From a virus (lineage: Duplodnaviria; Heunggongvirae; Uroviricota; Caudoviricetes), in IMG/VR virus record IMGVR_UViG_3300017650_000009: DNA of 64,000 nucleotides. One strand, 5' to 3'. The first letter of the stretch is position 1; the number at the start of each line of letters is the position of its first letter. The notes under the pieces were generated by a model. That model made no database searches. It saw only the letters and a program-made list of their open reading frames with translations, and was not told where the DNA came from. The translations under genes and the position numbers were made by a program. This document shows, piece by piece, positions 8,140 to 18,774 of this stretch.

Positions 8140-10872
8140 ATGACTTCAAAGATTATCGTTAATTCAGTTCTAAATGGCTATAAACCGAATTTTCCGGTTG
8201 AGGGTAAAAATCAACCTTCACAGCCATTTCGTGATAACTTCTCGATTATTAAAAAATCGATTGACATCCTAGCTGAGGAAGTAGGCTTTCTTCATACAAA
8301 GCGAATCACAATTGAAGGTGATGCCACTGGTACAAGTGGGGCTTTAGGAAGTTCTGCGGCCCAACCTGGTGCCATTAACTTGGTTCTAGCGGATACCGGT
8401 GTTACGGCCGGTGATTATGATACAACAAATAATAATCTGAAACTAACTGTTGATTCAAAAGGTCGTATTACTGCGGCAGTTATCGATCCTATAGCTACTA
8501 GACCAAACGTAGCAAAGGTTGTAACTCCTAGTGTTACACTTAATCCACAAGGCAATGCTACGGAACTCAAGTTTGCTTCAATGGAATTTGACGAATACGG
8601 TACACTCGTTGACCTTCAAGAGGATGCAATTGTTGCACCTATTGGTCTCAAGGGTCACGAGTTACCGCGCGGTTCTCTGGTTGTAGGTGGAATTTCGGAT
8701 GAGTCGGACATTCTTCCACCACCATCAATCAGTTTCAACCCATTAGACACTTATGTTTTGGCTTGGCGTCCAACAACTGGTAATCCGACCGCACTTCAGT
8801 GGGTTAAACTTCCTGATGCTGTTGCACCATCAAATGCAAAAGTTGTTTCAGTCAAAGCTGGCGTTGGTATTCACGTTGATACTGATATTGAGAATCCTAC
8901 TGTTAGTTTTGAAACCACAACTATTCCTAGCTATCCAACTAACTTGCCTATCCAAACGGATGCGCAACTTGTTATGTTCGATCCGACAACCAATACAGAT
9001 TATAAGGTTGACGTAACACGTATTACTTCTGGTGCAGTACCAACTGGATTCTTACGTGCGGTTAAGGATGACTTGAATCCCGAACTCGGCGGCGATCTTT
9101 ACTTGGCTAGTAAGAAAATCAAGGGTAATGCTGTAAACGGTATCAAGCTACAAGTACCGGATGCTGGGCAATTCATATTGTCTCATTTGGATCTAACTGA
9201 TCCAAGTATCCCAGTTGAAACAGTTCAATATTTGCCAGCAAAGCCTCCGGTATTCACACAAGCAGAAATAGATGCAGGTGCCAATGCATTCATGAAGATC
9301 GGCCCATCCGGTTACATGTATTGGGATAAGACCCAGATGTCTAGTGGTGGCATCAAACAGATTAATGCAGGACCAGGTATTTCAACTACTCCGATTGGCC
9401 AAATCAACGATACTGGTTCTGTTCGTGTTGATATGGCAGCTTTGCCCGTACAGGTTCCAGACGTATTCAGTGATTACGTCATGCTACAGGATGCGAACAA
9501 CACTTTGTATCGCAATACTTTGAACACTGTAAGCTTGAATCTTCCTAACGTCACAGTAGTTGATCCACAATATGGATCCGATGACCCACATCCAGCTCGT
9601 GGTCAGCTTGGAACCCCATATCGTACAATTAATCGTGCAATTCAATCGCGTCCCGATGATATCACACAAATTAGTTCGATCCTATTGTTGCCTGGTGAGT
9701 ATGTAGAAAATGTGATGATTGATCGTGCTAACATTCAGATTCAAGGACTCTTGGGTCCCGAACAAACAACAATTAAGGGCGAGATCACGTTTGATGCGTA
9801 TCAGTATGGTCAGAATGTTTTGCGTGGTATCAATTTTGATATATCTGCAATGCCAACAGTTCCTGATCGTATTTTGACTGCTATCACGGGCATTGGTGAA
9901 CTCACAGTTGAAAATTGTTATTTCTATCGTGAAGGAACCGACTATAAGCGTTTGCTAGAGATTGTTCGTTTTGCTGGAAATCAACAGGACGCAGTTGTAT
10001 TCAACAATTGCCGTTTCCATGGTATTATCTATAACGATTTCAACTTCGATGTTTCGAACGAATATGAAGATGGTAATGTTATCATCACAAATACTGTTGG
10101 TTCTGAAACATACATGCTCAGCGTTGTTACTGGTCCTAACTCGTTAACTAAAATTACCAATGCCAATTATATGTGTCAAGTAAGACATCTGGGTGGTACT
10201 CTAGAACTTGCTAACATTGGAATGATGCAGGGTGATTTCGCAGATGAAATATGGGATGCAATTGATCCAGAAGTTGATGATCCAGAGGACATGGGCAACA
10301 TTCGTATTGGTGTGTTAAGTACCGCAAATACGAATGCTAGAAATCTTTTGATTATGACCAACGTAAGCATGGGCTTCACAGGATCCTATTACAAGTATAA
10401 GGCTAGCTCAATCACCAAGACCGGTACATGCCAGTATTCCTTTAACAATGTAGATCGTATGCCGCGTCTAGATACTATCAATGGTACGAGATACAAATAC
10501 GGTGGAACACCAGGTGTTGATATTCCTGAAACCGTACACACGGAGACTCAAGTGAGTGGAACATTCGACGCATATATTAGTCGTTCTCGTACTTGGGATC
10601 TTAAACTAACAGGAAACGCAACGATTAATTTGGTTGAGGATTTCTATGCCACTGATACTTATATCCCTGGAGCGTATGCAAATAGTGTAACAATTCTAGT
10701 ACGTCAGGGCGCATCAAACTTCACCGTAAGTTTTGCAGCTTCAGGTGGTATTATTTGGCCGGATGGTGCGGGACAACCCGCAATGGCTAGTGGTCCTGAT
10801 AAAGTATCACTCTATACGTTCCTACGTGTAGGTTCAACTTGGATGGGTTCACGTACATTTAATCAGGTATAA
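8140..10872 (+). CDS. tail fibre/baseplate protein with beta-helix region
   Basis: N-terminal FPVEG.NQPSQPFRDNF; PYRTINRAI...LLPGEYVENV pectin-lyase-like start. Confidence 0.7.
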   Translation: MTSKIIVNSVLNGYKPNFPVEGKNQPSQPFRDNFSIIKKSIDILAEEVGFLHTKRITIEGDATGTSGALGSSAAQPGAINLVLADTGVTAGDYDTTNNNLKLTVDSKGRITAAVIDPIATRPNVAKVVTPSVTLNPQGNATELKFASMEFDEYGTLVDLQEDAIVAPIGLKGHELPRGSLVVGGISDESDILPPPSISFNPLDTYVLAWRPTTGNPTALQWVKLPDAVAPSNAKVVSVKAGVGIHVDTDIENPTVSFETTTIPSYPTNLPIQTDAQLVMFDPTTNTDYKVDVTRITSGAVPTGFLRAVKDDLNPELGGDLYLASKKIKGNAVNGIKLQVPDAGQFILSHLDLTDPSIPVETVQYLPAKPPVFTQAEIDAGANAFMKIGPSGYMYWDKTQMSSGGIKQINAGPGISTTPIGQINDTGSVRVDMAALPVQVPDVFSDYVMLQDANNTLYRNTLNTVSLNLPNVTVVDPQYGSDDPHPARGQLGTPYRTINRAIQSRPDDITQISSILLLPGEYVENVMIDRANIQIQGLLGPEQTTIKGEITFDAYQYGQNVLRGINFDISAMPTVPDRILTAITGIGELTVENCYFYREGTDYKRLLEIVRFAGNQQDAVVFNNCRFHGIIYNDFNFDVSNEYEDGNVIITNTVGSETYMLSVVTGPNSLTKITNANYMCQVRHLGGTLELANIGMMQGDFADEIWDAIDPEVDDPEDMGNIRIGVLSTANTNARNLLIMTNVSMGFTGSYYKYKASSITKTGTCQYSFNNVDRMPRLDTINGTRYKYGGTPGVDIPETVHTETQVSGTFDAYISRSRTWDLKLTGNATINLVEDFYATDTYIPGAYANSVTILVRQGASNFTVSFAASGGIIWPDGAGQPAMASGPDKVSLYTFLRVGSTWMGSRTFNQV

Positions 10873-10873
10873 A

Positions 10874-12358
10874 ATGAGAGATGGTTTCTTTTTCCGTGCA
10901 TTACGTATGGGCAATAGTTTGGACTCATACGTGGGTCAGTTTTGTAATGTAGAGAATGGGCTAGTTAATGACGTCCACTCTCTTAACCAAGGCAGAACCG
11001 CTAAGGCTTTCTATGGACAAGTTGCACAGAAATATACCGGTCCTGATGCTGAACCAGAAATAATTATGTTTCGTTGGTACCGAAACACATTGAACAAGTC
11101 TTTGAGTCTTATTGTGGTATGTTCAGATGGCTCACAAAATGCACCATCCGGTTCCGTACAAATGACTCTTTCCGGATTCAATGCAAGTTCTACACTTGAG
11201 GAAACAAACGGCACTGTAACTAAAAATGGTGGTACCTATACTGCGAATCTATCATGGTCCAGTGTTTTAACGGCTGGCTTTGTAATATCGAATGTGGATT
11301 TATCCGTTATCGATAACATTGCGATAAATTTTATCTCAATGAGTGGTGTGAGATATCTCAAAGTTCAAACACTCCCCAATACATTCGTTCGTGTAAAATA
11401 TGATAAACTCCCAATTCTTCGTACACCATCATTGGTTTCTAATTGTGAGCGATTTGTATATCCGGATGGGCAAGCATACATCGTAAATACAGCTCAGGAA
11501 TTAGCTGATGCGATTGCGACAATTACACCACCAACCCAAAGTCAGATTTTCGCACAATGGGGACGTTTTGCTGGTAATGACTGGTATCCAAGTGGTACCA
11601 CACCTGGCGGAGAAGCCGCAAGCTGGGTGTATGATCAAAATTTAGATCGCATCAGTACAACTGTTAACTCATCCAATTACATTGGTTTTGTGAGTCTAGA
11701 GGAACTAGCCTACTATGAGTTCATTGTTCGCATGTCGTCTGATAACGCTGACGATGATCAGATCAGTATGGTTATCGCGTATGCTTTGAATGAACAAAAC
11801 ATACCTTGTTCACTGACAATTGTTCGTAATAATGGCGGTTGGCTATTCCCGGGGAGGTCATGGCTACTAGTGGAATTTGTAGGAAATACCCCGACAGTCA
11901 TTATCGATGCATCAGATGCAATGCCTAGGGTATTTCAGAATCCTGATGAACAAGGCTGGGCTGCATCATTACAAACGGTTGTTCGAGTCAAACGTGTTAA
12001 AAATCATGTTACTCTCCAATGTAGTGAATTTGGTTCAGAAACGTTATCCCCGGCAAGCACGATTGAATATGATATCCCAGAGAACTCGCTCTACTATAAT
12101 AAGAAACCATATGGTGTTTCCTGTTTCAGTCAACAGAACAGCACGTATGATATTCTGTTCTTCGAAGGTGGATTGAATCAAAATTTGATCTGGGATGTAA
12201 CTCAGACTCCTCCTCTTGCGTATGTTTATGAAAACGGAACATGGACGCCAAATCCATCCCTTGATATGTTTTGGGAAGTGGGCGAACCACGCACAATGGA
12301 AAATCCTCTAACTGAAAAGACTTATTATTTGGACGGTACGACAATATCACAGGTATAG
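10874..12358 (+). CDS. virion protein with lectin-like (ConA/TSP-C-like) domain
   Basis: SDNADDDQI acidic motif, aromatic beta-rich composition, structural context. Confidence 0.55.
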   Translation: MRDGFFFRALRMGNSLDSYVGQFCNVENGLVNDVHSLNQGRTAKAFYGQVAQKYTGPDAEPEIIMFRWYRNTLNKSLSLIVVCSDGSQNAPSGSVQMTLSGFNASSTLEETNGTVTKNGGTYTANLSWSSVLTAGFVISNVDLSVIDNIAINFISMSGVRYLKVQTLPNTFVRVKYDKLPILRTPSLVSNCERFVYPDGQAYIVNTAQELADAIATITPPTQSQIFAQWGRFAGNDWYPSGTTPGGEAASWVYDQNLDRISTTVNSSNYIGFVSLEELAYYEFIVRMSSDNADDDQISMVIAYALNEQNIPCSLTIVRNNGGWLFPGRSWLLVEFVGNTPTVIIDASDAMPRVFQNPDEQGWAASLQTVVRVKRVKNHVTLQCSEFGSETLSPASTIEYDIPENSLYYNKKPYGVSCFSQQNSTYDILFFEGGLNQNLIWDVTQTPPLAYVYENGTWTPNPSLDMFWEVGEPRTMENPLTEKTYYLDGTTISQV

Positions 12359-12451
12359 TCCATTTGTATCTGATTTAATAACATAACTTAGCTTGCAACC
12401 TCACCAGTGTAAATATCAGTGAGCAGTTTTTGTAAGTATAGGTTTCGTGTT

Positions 12452-12715
12452 ATGGCAGTAATACCGTTTCCCTTAGCTACTCAGGCTAAACGTAATAGTA
12501 GACAAAAACTTAAATTGGAGTCACCTCACGTCACTCATAACCGACTTGTTTTGGGAGGTTGGAATTTTGAGTGCACTCGTTGTGATGCGCAAATAACTTT
12601 TGACACCACAGCTATGGTGTTCAGAAAGCTGGAATTCTATTGCACAAGTTGTGGTGCCCTTCATACGGTATCGAATCCTGCTTTTGTAGCACCTCCCGCT
12701 CCAAAGAATAAATAA
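12452..12715 (+). CDS. zinc-ribbon protein
   Basis: CTRC...CTSC; late promoter TAAATA at 12410. Confidence 0.65.
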   Translation: MAVIPFPLATQAKRNSRQKLKLESPHVTHNRLVLGGWNFECTRCDAQITFDTTAMVFRKLEFYCTSCGALHTVSNPAFVAPPAPKNK

Positions 12716-12750
12716 CAACATATGCAAGTTTCATCAGGAGCGCAGGAAAA

Positions 12751-14490
12751 ATGAGTACAATCGACAAATACGGCATTCAGTATGGTACTGGTGAATTGTT
12801 CCCACTTAACGATCAAGGTCGCGGTACTGAGTCCCCAGAAGAAGTTACACAGCGTCGCAACCGCGGTGGTCAGGGCGAAGCACCTGTTACCGGCGGATCA
12901 ACAGGCGGTGGTGAGATCGATCCTAATAACCCAAATTGGGGCCAGGACCTTTTGAATTCAATTCACATGGCTAATTTGGGCACAGGCGCAGGCGTTTATG
13001 CACGTCGCGAATCAAACACATTCTATTTTAAATCTATCCACGGTGAAGATAGCATCACTGTTCGTAGCACACCAGAAGGTATCTTCATTGGTGGTTCAGC
13101 TACGGCTTGTTTGCCTCCTATGGATCAATATTTTGCCACTGAAGCTGAGTTCGAAGCTTCTGATTGGGGCAAATACTTGCGTATTAAGGCTGACGGCACT
13201 GGTCTAGAATACGTTGACGTTCAGGGTGGATCCGGTACTATTGTTACTGAAGATTCCACAAGCGTTACCCTAACCGGTGACGGCGATGCTGCAACTCCAT
13301 TGAAGGCAGAAGTTGCTATTTCTGCAGATGCGAATAATGCTCTTTCTGTTAATTCAGATGGTCTATTTGCTGTTATGGGTGCAGAAGGACCAGCTGGTCA
13401 GGATGGCGCGGATGGTGCAGACGGTAAGTCCGCATATGAACTAGCTGTTGAATCTGGCTTTGTTGGCACCGAAGCAGAATGGCTTGCATCGCTTAAGGGC
13501 GAAAAGGGTGACCAGGGCGAAGAAGGACCACAGGGTCCTGCTGGTACAACACTTGAATTCAAGGGCGCTGTTGATAATTTCGCAAATCTTCCACAGACTG
13601 GTAATAACGAAGGTGATGCTTGGATCGCAGGTTCCCACGTTTATGTTTGGACTAATGGTGCATGGGTAGATGGCGGCGAAATCAAAGGCGAAAAGGGCGA
13701 TAAAGGTGACAAGGGAGACAAGGGCGATACTGGTGATACTGGTGATACAGGTGCTGCTGGAAAGTCTGCTTATGAAGTTGCTGTCGATGCTGGATTCGTT
13801 GGTACTGAAGCCGAATGGCTAGCTTCGCTCAAGGGAGCAAAAGGTGAGCAGGGCGAACAAGGTATCCAGGGCCTGAAGGGCGATAAGGGCGATAAGGGCG
13901 ACAAAGGTGATACTGGTGACACCGGTGCTGGTGTTCCTGTAGGCGGTACAACTGGGCAAGTTCTTGCTAAGAGCTCTAATGCCGATTTTGCTACTCAGTG
14001 GATCAATGCAGGGTCTGGTGGTGCTTCTAAGTTCACGGATCTCTCTGATGTTCCACAGGCATACACTGGCCAGGCAGGTAAAGTTCTAGCTGTTAATTCA
14101 GGAGCTACTGGTCTTGAGTTTGTAACTGGTGGCGGAAGTGCATCACTTGACGTAAAAACATTTAGAATTAATTTCGCAGGAGCAAATGCATCTGATACTC
14201 AGGATGTGCCTGAAGGCTGGTTGGTTGAATTTAGTGGTGTTAACAATTCCGCTATGAAAGTTACAATGGATACAGCTCGTCCAATAGTTTCAGTTGTGGC
14301 TTATGGTTATCAACCATCTATTGGCGCTCCTAATCCTATAAATGCTGGGTTCAGTAAGAAAGTCCTAGACAGTAACATTTTCTTCACAAGTATTCATGGT
14401 AATGTTTTTGCTATGGCTGGTGGTGTAGCCGCTTCGCCAATGGGCGCAGCCAGTGGTAGCTATTGTATCATTGAAGTAACATTACGTTAA
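12751..14490 (+). CDS. collagen-like tail fibre protein
   Basis: Gly-X-Y runs (GDK/GEQ), two [21 protein letters not shown] motifs; TAAATA at 12709. Confidence 0.85.
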   Translation: MSTIDKYGIQYGTGELFPLNDQGRGTESPEEVTQRRNRGGQGEAPVTGGSTGGGEIDPNNPNWGQDLLNSIHMANLGTGAGVYARRESNTFYFKSIHGEDSITVRSTPEGIFIGGSATACLPPMDQYFATEAEFEASDWGKYLRIKADGTGLEYVDVQGGSGTIVTEDSTSVTLTGDGDAATPLKAEVAISADANNALSVNSDGLFAVMGAEGPAGQDGADGADGKSAYELAVESGFVGTEAEWLASLKGEKGDQGEEGPQGPAGTTLEFKGAVDNFANLPQTGNNEGDAWIAGSHVYVWTNGAWVDGGEIKGEKGDKGDKGDKGDTGDTGDTGAAGKSAYEVAVDAGFVGTEAEWLASLKGAKGEQGEQGIQGLKGDKGDKGDKGDTGDTGAGVPVGGTTGQVLAKSSNADFATQWINAGSGGASKFTDLSDVPQAYTGQAGKVLAVNSGATGLEFVTGGGSASLDVKTFRINFAGANASDTQDVPEGWLVEFSGVNNSAMKVTMDTARPIVSVVAYGYQPSIGAPNPINAGFSKKVLDSNIFFTSIHGNVFAMAGGVAASPMGAASGSYCIIEVTLR

Positions 14491-14502
14491 TAGGAGTTGA
14501 AT

Positions 14503-16623
14503 ATGGCTTTAGTGTTGCCAGCGCGTTGTCTAGTGGGTAATTTAACAATACTATACCCACTAGAATACAATGATGATTCAGCTAATCCTGCTTACAATGC
14601 CGCCTTTAAATGGGCGGCATCAATCGAAGTATTCCCCCAATCTCTTGGTATTCCTACTGAAAAATGGTCATATAATTATGATATTAATGATGTTGAAGTG
14701 GGTGATTGGCTTTTTAGTTCAGATGATGGTAAGGCATTAAAGCTTGTAGAAATCACATCGATTGATAACACGGTTCTACAAGTAGTATTAGAGGATATTG
14801 GTTCTTACAATGCAATGTGTGATATTTCATTGCAATTAGATGGAACTATTCCTGATGGTCCTTGTGTAATTTTCACTTTAGATAGTTTTGGATTACCAGT
14901 TCTTGGACCATTGTCTTCGGGTATTTTTCAAGATATTGCTCAGGACAATCTAGTTGCTCGCTTTAATCATATTGCTAATTATGACATGGGAAGTGGCGAT
15001 GGTTCCTCTACTCTTGAGGAACTCCCGACGGGATCTTATGACGCTGGTGCAGTCATGGGATGGCAGCCAACTGAAACTCTTAAGGACGAAGCTATTAGTG
15101 ATCTGAACGTAATGTTCAGAAAAATCCTTCCCGACGCTTACAACAATTTGTCTGACACAAAAGCATTCTTCAGCGAAGATGATAAAAATGGTCGTAAATT
15201 TGTTCTTGCAGCTGGAACGATCGAGCATTTCGATTCCTCATATGCTCCAGTAGCCGGAGATATAGTTGAAGTAGCAGGTTTTACAACTGCCACAACTACA
15301 ATCGAATCCGCACAATTTGCTAATGGACAACGAACCCTAGCAGTTGCTGGTCCCGGCCATATTGGTAAACTAACTTATAGTGTGAACGGAACTCAACGCG
15401 CTGAGAAGACGTTGTCATGGGCTTCCAACGTCGGCAATAATGGTGGTCTAAACATTTTATCCGATCAAGAAGTTACTGAACATAAAGATGTTTGGAAAGC
15501 TCTATCAATCCAGTTAACCGGGCCATTCGGTGATGGTTCAAACCAGCTGAAGTTAACTCATTCAATCTCCGGAACTCTTACAAAGAATTTCGTAGTTGAT
15601 GAAACAAATAAAGTTCCAACGATCACTAGTGTTAGTTTGGGTAACGCTGGATCAACTCCGGAGCTAAAAGTAATTAGTGGTATCCCACACTATTATAGAA
15701 ATCTTTCCGAACTGTTCATGCTCACAATGACCGGTACTAATTTGGTTTCTCGAACCTATCCGCTAGAGGATATTATGGGTGTTGAACTTGAGTTCACTAA
15801 TCCATTCAACACTAGCTATGATGCGGCAGACTTGACTTCGACCCCATTCGTAATCGATGCGGGTCCAATTAACGCAACAAATAAAATCATTGGTTTTGAT
15901 ATCATTGGTCTTCCTGAAGAAGAGCAACCGGTACGTGAAGCATTTGAAAGCAAGATAATCGCTTATGCTAATAATAGTTTCCGTACAATCACACGTGATA
16001 CAAATCAAACTATTCTGGTTTATGATGGTGATGGTCAGTTCATTGCTGAAACCCCATCCTCTAATAGCATGAACTATGGGTTGAAGCGTCAAGCAATGCC
16101 TACAGGTAGAACCCCTGTATTGGAGGCAATCGATTGGGCTACTGATTATGATAGTTCAACAGGTGGCGATACTAAAGCTCATGAAGCTGTTATTGCTGGT
16201 GGTGTAATCAAGCATTCTAAGACGAATTATTCAGTTGGATATTGGCCAGCTGGTCCTGATTACTCAACAAAGTCTGACACCCAATACATTAGTTTCAAGA
16301 CCCAGCTAAAAAGTAATCGTTTACGTTTGTCAATTGATGGAACATTTGAGGGAATCTCTATTATGCTTCCTGGTATTACAAACGAAATGCCTAATGCGAT
16401 AAATGGATGGTGGAACGGATCTAAGCAGGCTGACTTCCCTCAGACTCTTTGGCCTGGCCATGCATTGGCGAGTGATGGTTGCCTAGTAAGTTCATCGAAC
16501 GGAATATATGAATTTACATTCGGTAACATTAATAGCTCAAGCGCAACCGAACATATGGTGTTTATACGATTCGAATTGATCGCAGGACAATCCATTTCAG
16601 TTCTACAACTTATTGAATCATAA
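14503..16623 (+). CDS. virion structural protein
   Basis: AGGAG RBS; N-terminus paralogous to 62302..63354, C-terminus paralogous to 16633..18774. Confidence 0.7.
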   Translation: MALVLPARCLVGNLTILYPLEYNDDSANPAYNAAFKWAASIEVFPQSLGIPTEKWSYNYDINDVEVGDWLFSSDDGKALKLVEITSIDNTVLQVVLEDIGSYNAMCDISLQLDGTIPDGPCVIFTLDSFGLPVLGPLSSGIFQDIAQDNLVARFNHIANYDMGSGDGSSTLEELPTGSYDAGAVMGWQPTETLKDEAISDLNVMFRKILPDAYNNLSDTKAFFSEDDKNGRKFVLAAGTIEHFDSSYAPVAGDIVEVAGFTTATTTIESAQFANGQRTLAVAGPGHIGKLTYSVNGTQRAEKTLSWASNVGNNGGLNILSDQEVTEHKDVWKALSIQLTGPFGDGSNQLKLTHSISGTLTKNFVVDETNKVPTITSVSLGNAGSTPELKVISGIPHYYRNLSELFMLTMTGTNLVSRTYPLEDIMGVELEFTNPFNTSYDAADLTSTPFVIDAGPINATNKIIGFDIIGLPEEEQPVREAFESKIIAYANNSFRTITRDTNQTILVYDGDGQFIAETPSSNSMNYGLKRQAMPTGRTPVLEAIDWATDYDSSTGGDTKAHEAVIAGGVIKHSKTNYSVGYWPAGPDYSTKSDTQYISFKTQLKSNRLRLSIDGTFEGISIMLPGITNEMPNAINGWWNGSKQADFPQTLWPGHALASDGCLVSSSNGIYEFTFGNINSSSATEHMVFIRFELIAGQSISVLQLIES

Positions 16624-16632
16624 GGAGCGGCA

Positions 16633-18774
16633 ATGTCGAATATTGATGTATCACAAAAAGTAGACTTGCTCTGGAAAAAAGCATTATTTGGTGTTTCACA
16701 AACTGGTGTTGATAAGTCAGTTTATGAAGAACTGTCGCATTCTTCAATCTCGGTTCGTGCTACTGAAATTTGGCGTGAGGATGACAAAATCCTCATTCCA
16801 GCACAAGCGGTTTCAGAAGTTGTTGAACAAGTAAGTTTGCGTTTGGTTCCCGAGCAGAACTCAATCGATGGTTCGGTTTGGGTAGCTGTTCGTGCCTTTG
16901 CAAGTGGTATTACCGCCGAAAATAGACTCAAAGATTTCATTAGTCCTCGTGTTGACCCATCATTTGAGGTACAAATATATTCGGATTCCGCTCGTACGCA
17001 ACGAATCCTAAATAGCAAAATACAAACAACTTGGGTATTTGATTACGAAAGTGGTATCCTATGGCTACCAAATGCAGATGCTGAAAACCCACTAACCGAA
17101 GTATATTTGGATGGTTTCCGATATATCGGCGAGAAGGGTATGAACCCAACATTTAGCGGTGATGTTATCGATGTATTGGGCCCATTGGAAAATGGAAACT
17201 TCAATGATGGTTATGTTCCAAATTTCCAGTCCGGTGTTACAAAGATTTCCGAAGCTATTAATTCAATTAACATTGCTGTCAAAGACTTTATCCCAGCAAG
17301 TCCACCGCCGCTATCAGAACAGTACATGGTTGTTCCCGGAGCTACAAACACACTGGATGATGCGAATCTAGTTCTTGCAGAAGGCTTCACAGACGCTTCC
17401 GGCACATTCCCAGTTAAGCCAGTCGCAGGTAACGTTGTACCGAAGATCGTAGGTATGAATGTTGAATCTAGTTTTGTTGGTCCGTTCGGTGATGGGCGTC
17501 AAGGAACACTAGCCGTAATGTTGAATCAGGAATCCGTTGGATCGCGCGAGCTTTCAGTCGGTGATGATACTGGCGTTTATGGAAAACTTTATATCAACCA
17601 AGAGACAACCTATGGTATGGCAATGGCTAGTTTCTGGGAAGTCATTACAGCTAAAGCAGTTGGTCTAGAATTTGCTCCTGGTTTGAACTCTTTGTACTTG
17701 AGTCACTCAATCACAGGTGATTCAAATTATGTATTTTTGGTAAATGATAGTTCAGCTGAATTGCCGGTGGTCAACAGTGTTGGCATTAGACCGATCAATG
17801 AAGTATTGGTTTATTCAAGTGGTATCCCACATTACGGGCGTGATACACGTCTTGCGTTATCCGCAAATGTTGATAACCTAGCAACTGATCTTGCTTTGGA
17901 TACGCGCAACGTCGTATTCAGCACAGAAGGCGCATTTGCTGGTCCAGCAGTATGGGCTTACCCTGGTGCTAATGGTCTGCCATCGGTTCTTACCAAGGCA
18001 ACTAATTACCAAGTTGAAGATGTTATTTTCAATATTTCCGATTATGATGATACTGTTGAGCATGGTTCGGTTAGAATTACAGCTACTGGACAAAATGCTA
18101 ATGGTTCTCACGAACTACAAAGTACACAAATTATTAACTTCATGCGTGGTGGATCCTCACAAGGAATGTCTCCGGTTAACGAATCAGGAATTGCCATTGT
18201 TAACCTCGGTGCATTCGATGAAGGTACTCCACTTGACGCAATGCGCATAGCAATGGCAAATGGCGCAACACCTGCTTGGAATGGACTTCTAGAGGCTTGG
18301 GATTCAACACTTGAACTTCCAGCACATGAAGCTGCAATAGTTGGTGGAGCTATCCGTTTCACTCGTGAAAATTATGCGAACTATTTGCCTGCGGGTCCAG
18401 ATTACTCAAATAAGCTATCCACGCAATATGCGACATTTGCGATTCAACGACGCAATGTAAGTTTGATGAATATCGAGATTGAAGGAAAGTATTCGGGTCT
18501 ACAAATTGCTTTGCCCGGTCTAGCAAATCAGACTTTGGCTCCTAATGGATGGATGGATTGTTTCAGTCCATATGCGGGTTATGGTGTTCCGGGTCGTGAA
18601 GTTCCTGCAGGTTGTGCATTGAATCGTGCGGCTACTGGTGGGTCACAAACTGTGACTGCGACATTCGGCTACGAGAGTAGTTCAAACAGTACAAACAATG
18701 TGATCCTAGTTAGATTCAAACTTCTACAGGGTGATAAGATTACCGGACTACGTTTTAGCGGAGTTAGCCAATGA
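16633..18774 (+). CDS. virion structural protein
   Basis: shares SGIPHY, AHEA.I.GG, PAGPDYS.K..TQY with the upstream gene and KVDLLWKK with the downstream gene. Confidence 0.7.
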   Translation: MSNIDVSQKVDLLWKKALFGVSQTGVDKSVYEELSHSSISVRATEIWREDDKILIPAQAVSEVVEQVSLRLVPEQNSIDGSVWVAVRAFASGITAENRLKDFISPRVDPSFEVQIYSDSARTQRILNSKIQTTWVFDYESGILWLPNADAENPLTEVYLDGFRYIGEKGMNPTFSGDVIDVLGPLENGNFNDGYVPNFQSGVTKISEAINSINIAVKDFIPASPPPLSEQYMVVPGATNTLDDANLVLAEGFTDASGTFPVKPVAGNVVPKIVGMNVESSFVGPFGDGRQGTLAVMLNQESVGSRELSVGDDTGVYGKLYINQETTYGMAMASFWEVITAKAVGLEFAPGLNSLYLSHSITGDSNYVFLVNDSSAELPVVNSVGIRPINEVLVYSSGIPHYGRDTRLALSANVDNLATDLALDTRNVVFSTEGAFAGPAVWAYPGANGLPSVLTKATNYQVEDVIFNISDYDDTVEHGSVRITATGQNANGSHELQSTQIINFMRGGSSQGMSPVNESGIAIVNLGAFDEGTPLDAMRIAMANGATPAWNGLLEAWDSTLELPAHEAAIVGGAIRFTRENYANYLPAGPDYSNKLSTQYATFAIQRRNVSLMNIEIEGKYSGLQIALPGLANQTLAPNGWMDCFSPYAGYGVPGREVPAGCALNRAATGGSQTVTATFGYESSSNSTNNVILVRFKLLQGDKITGLRFSGVSQ

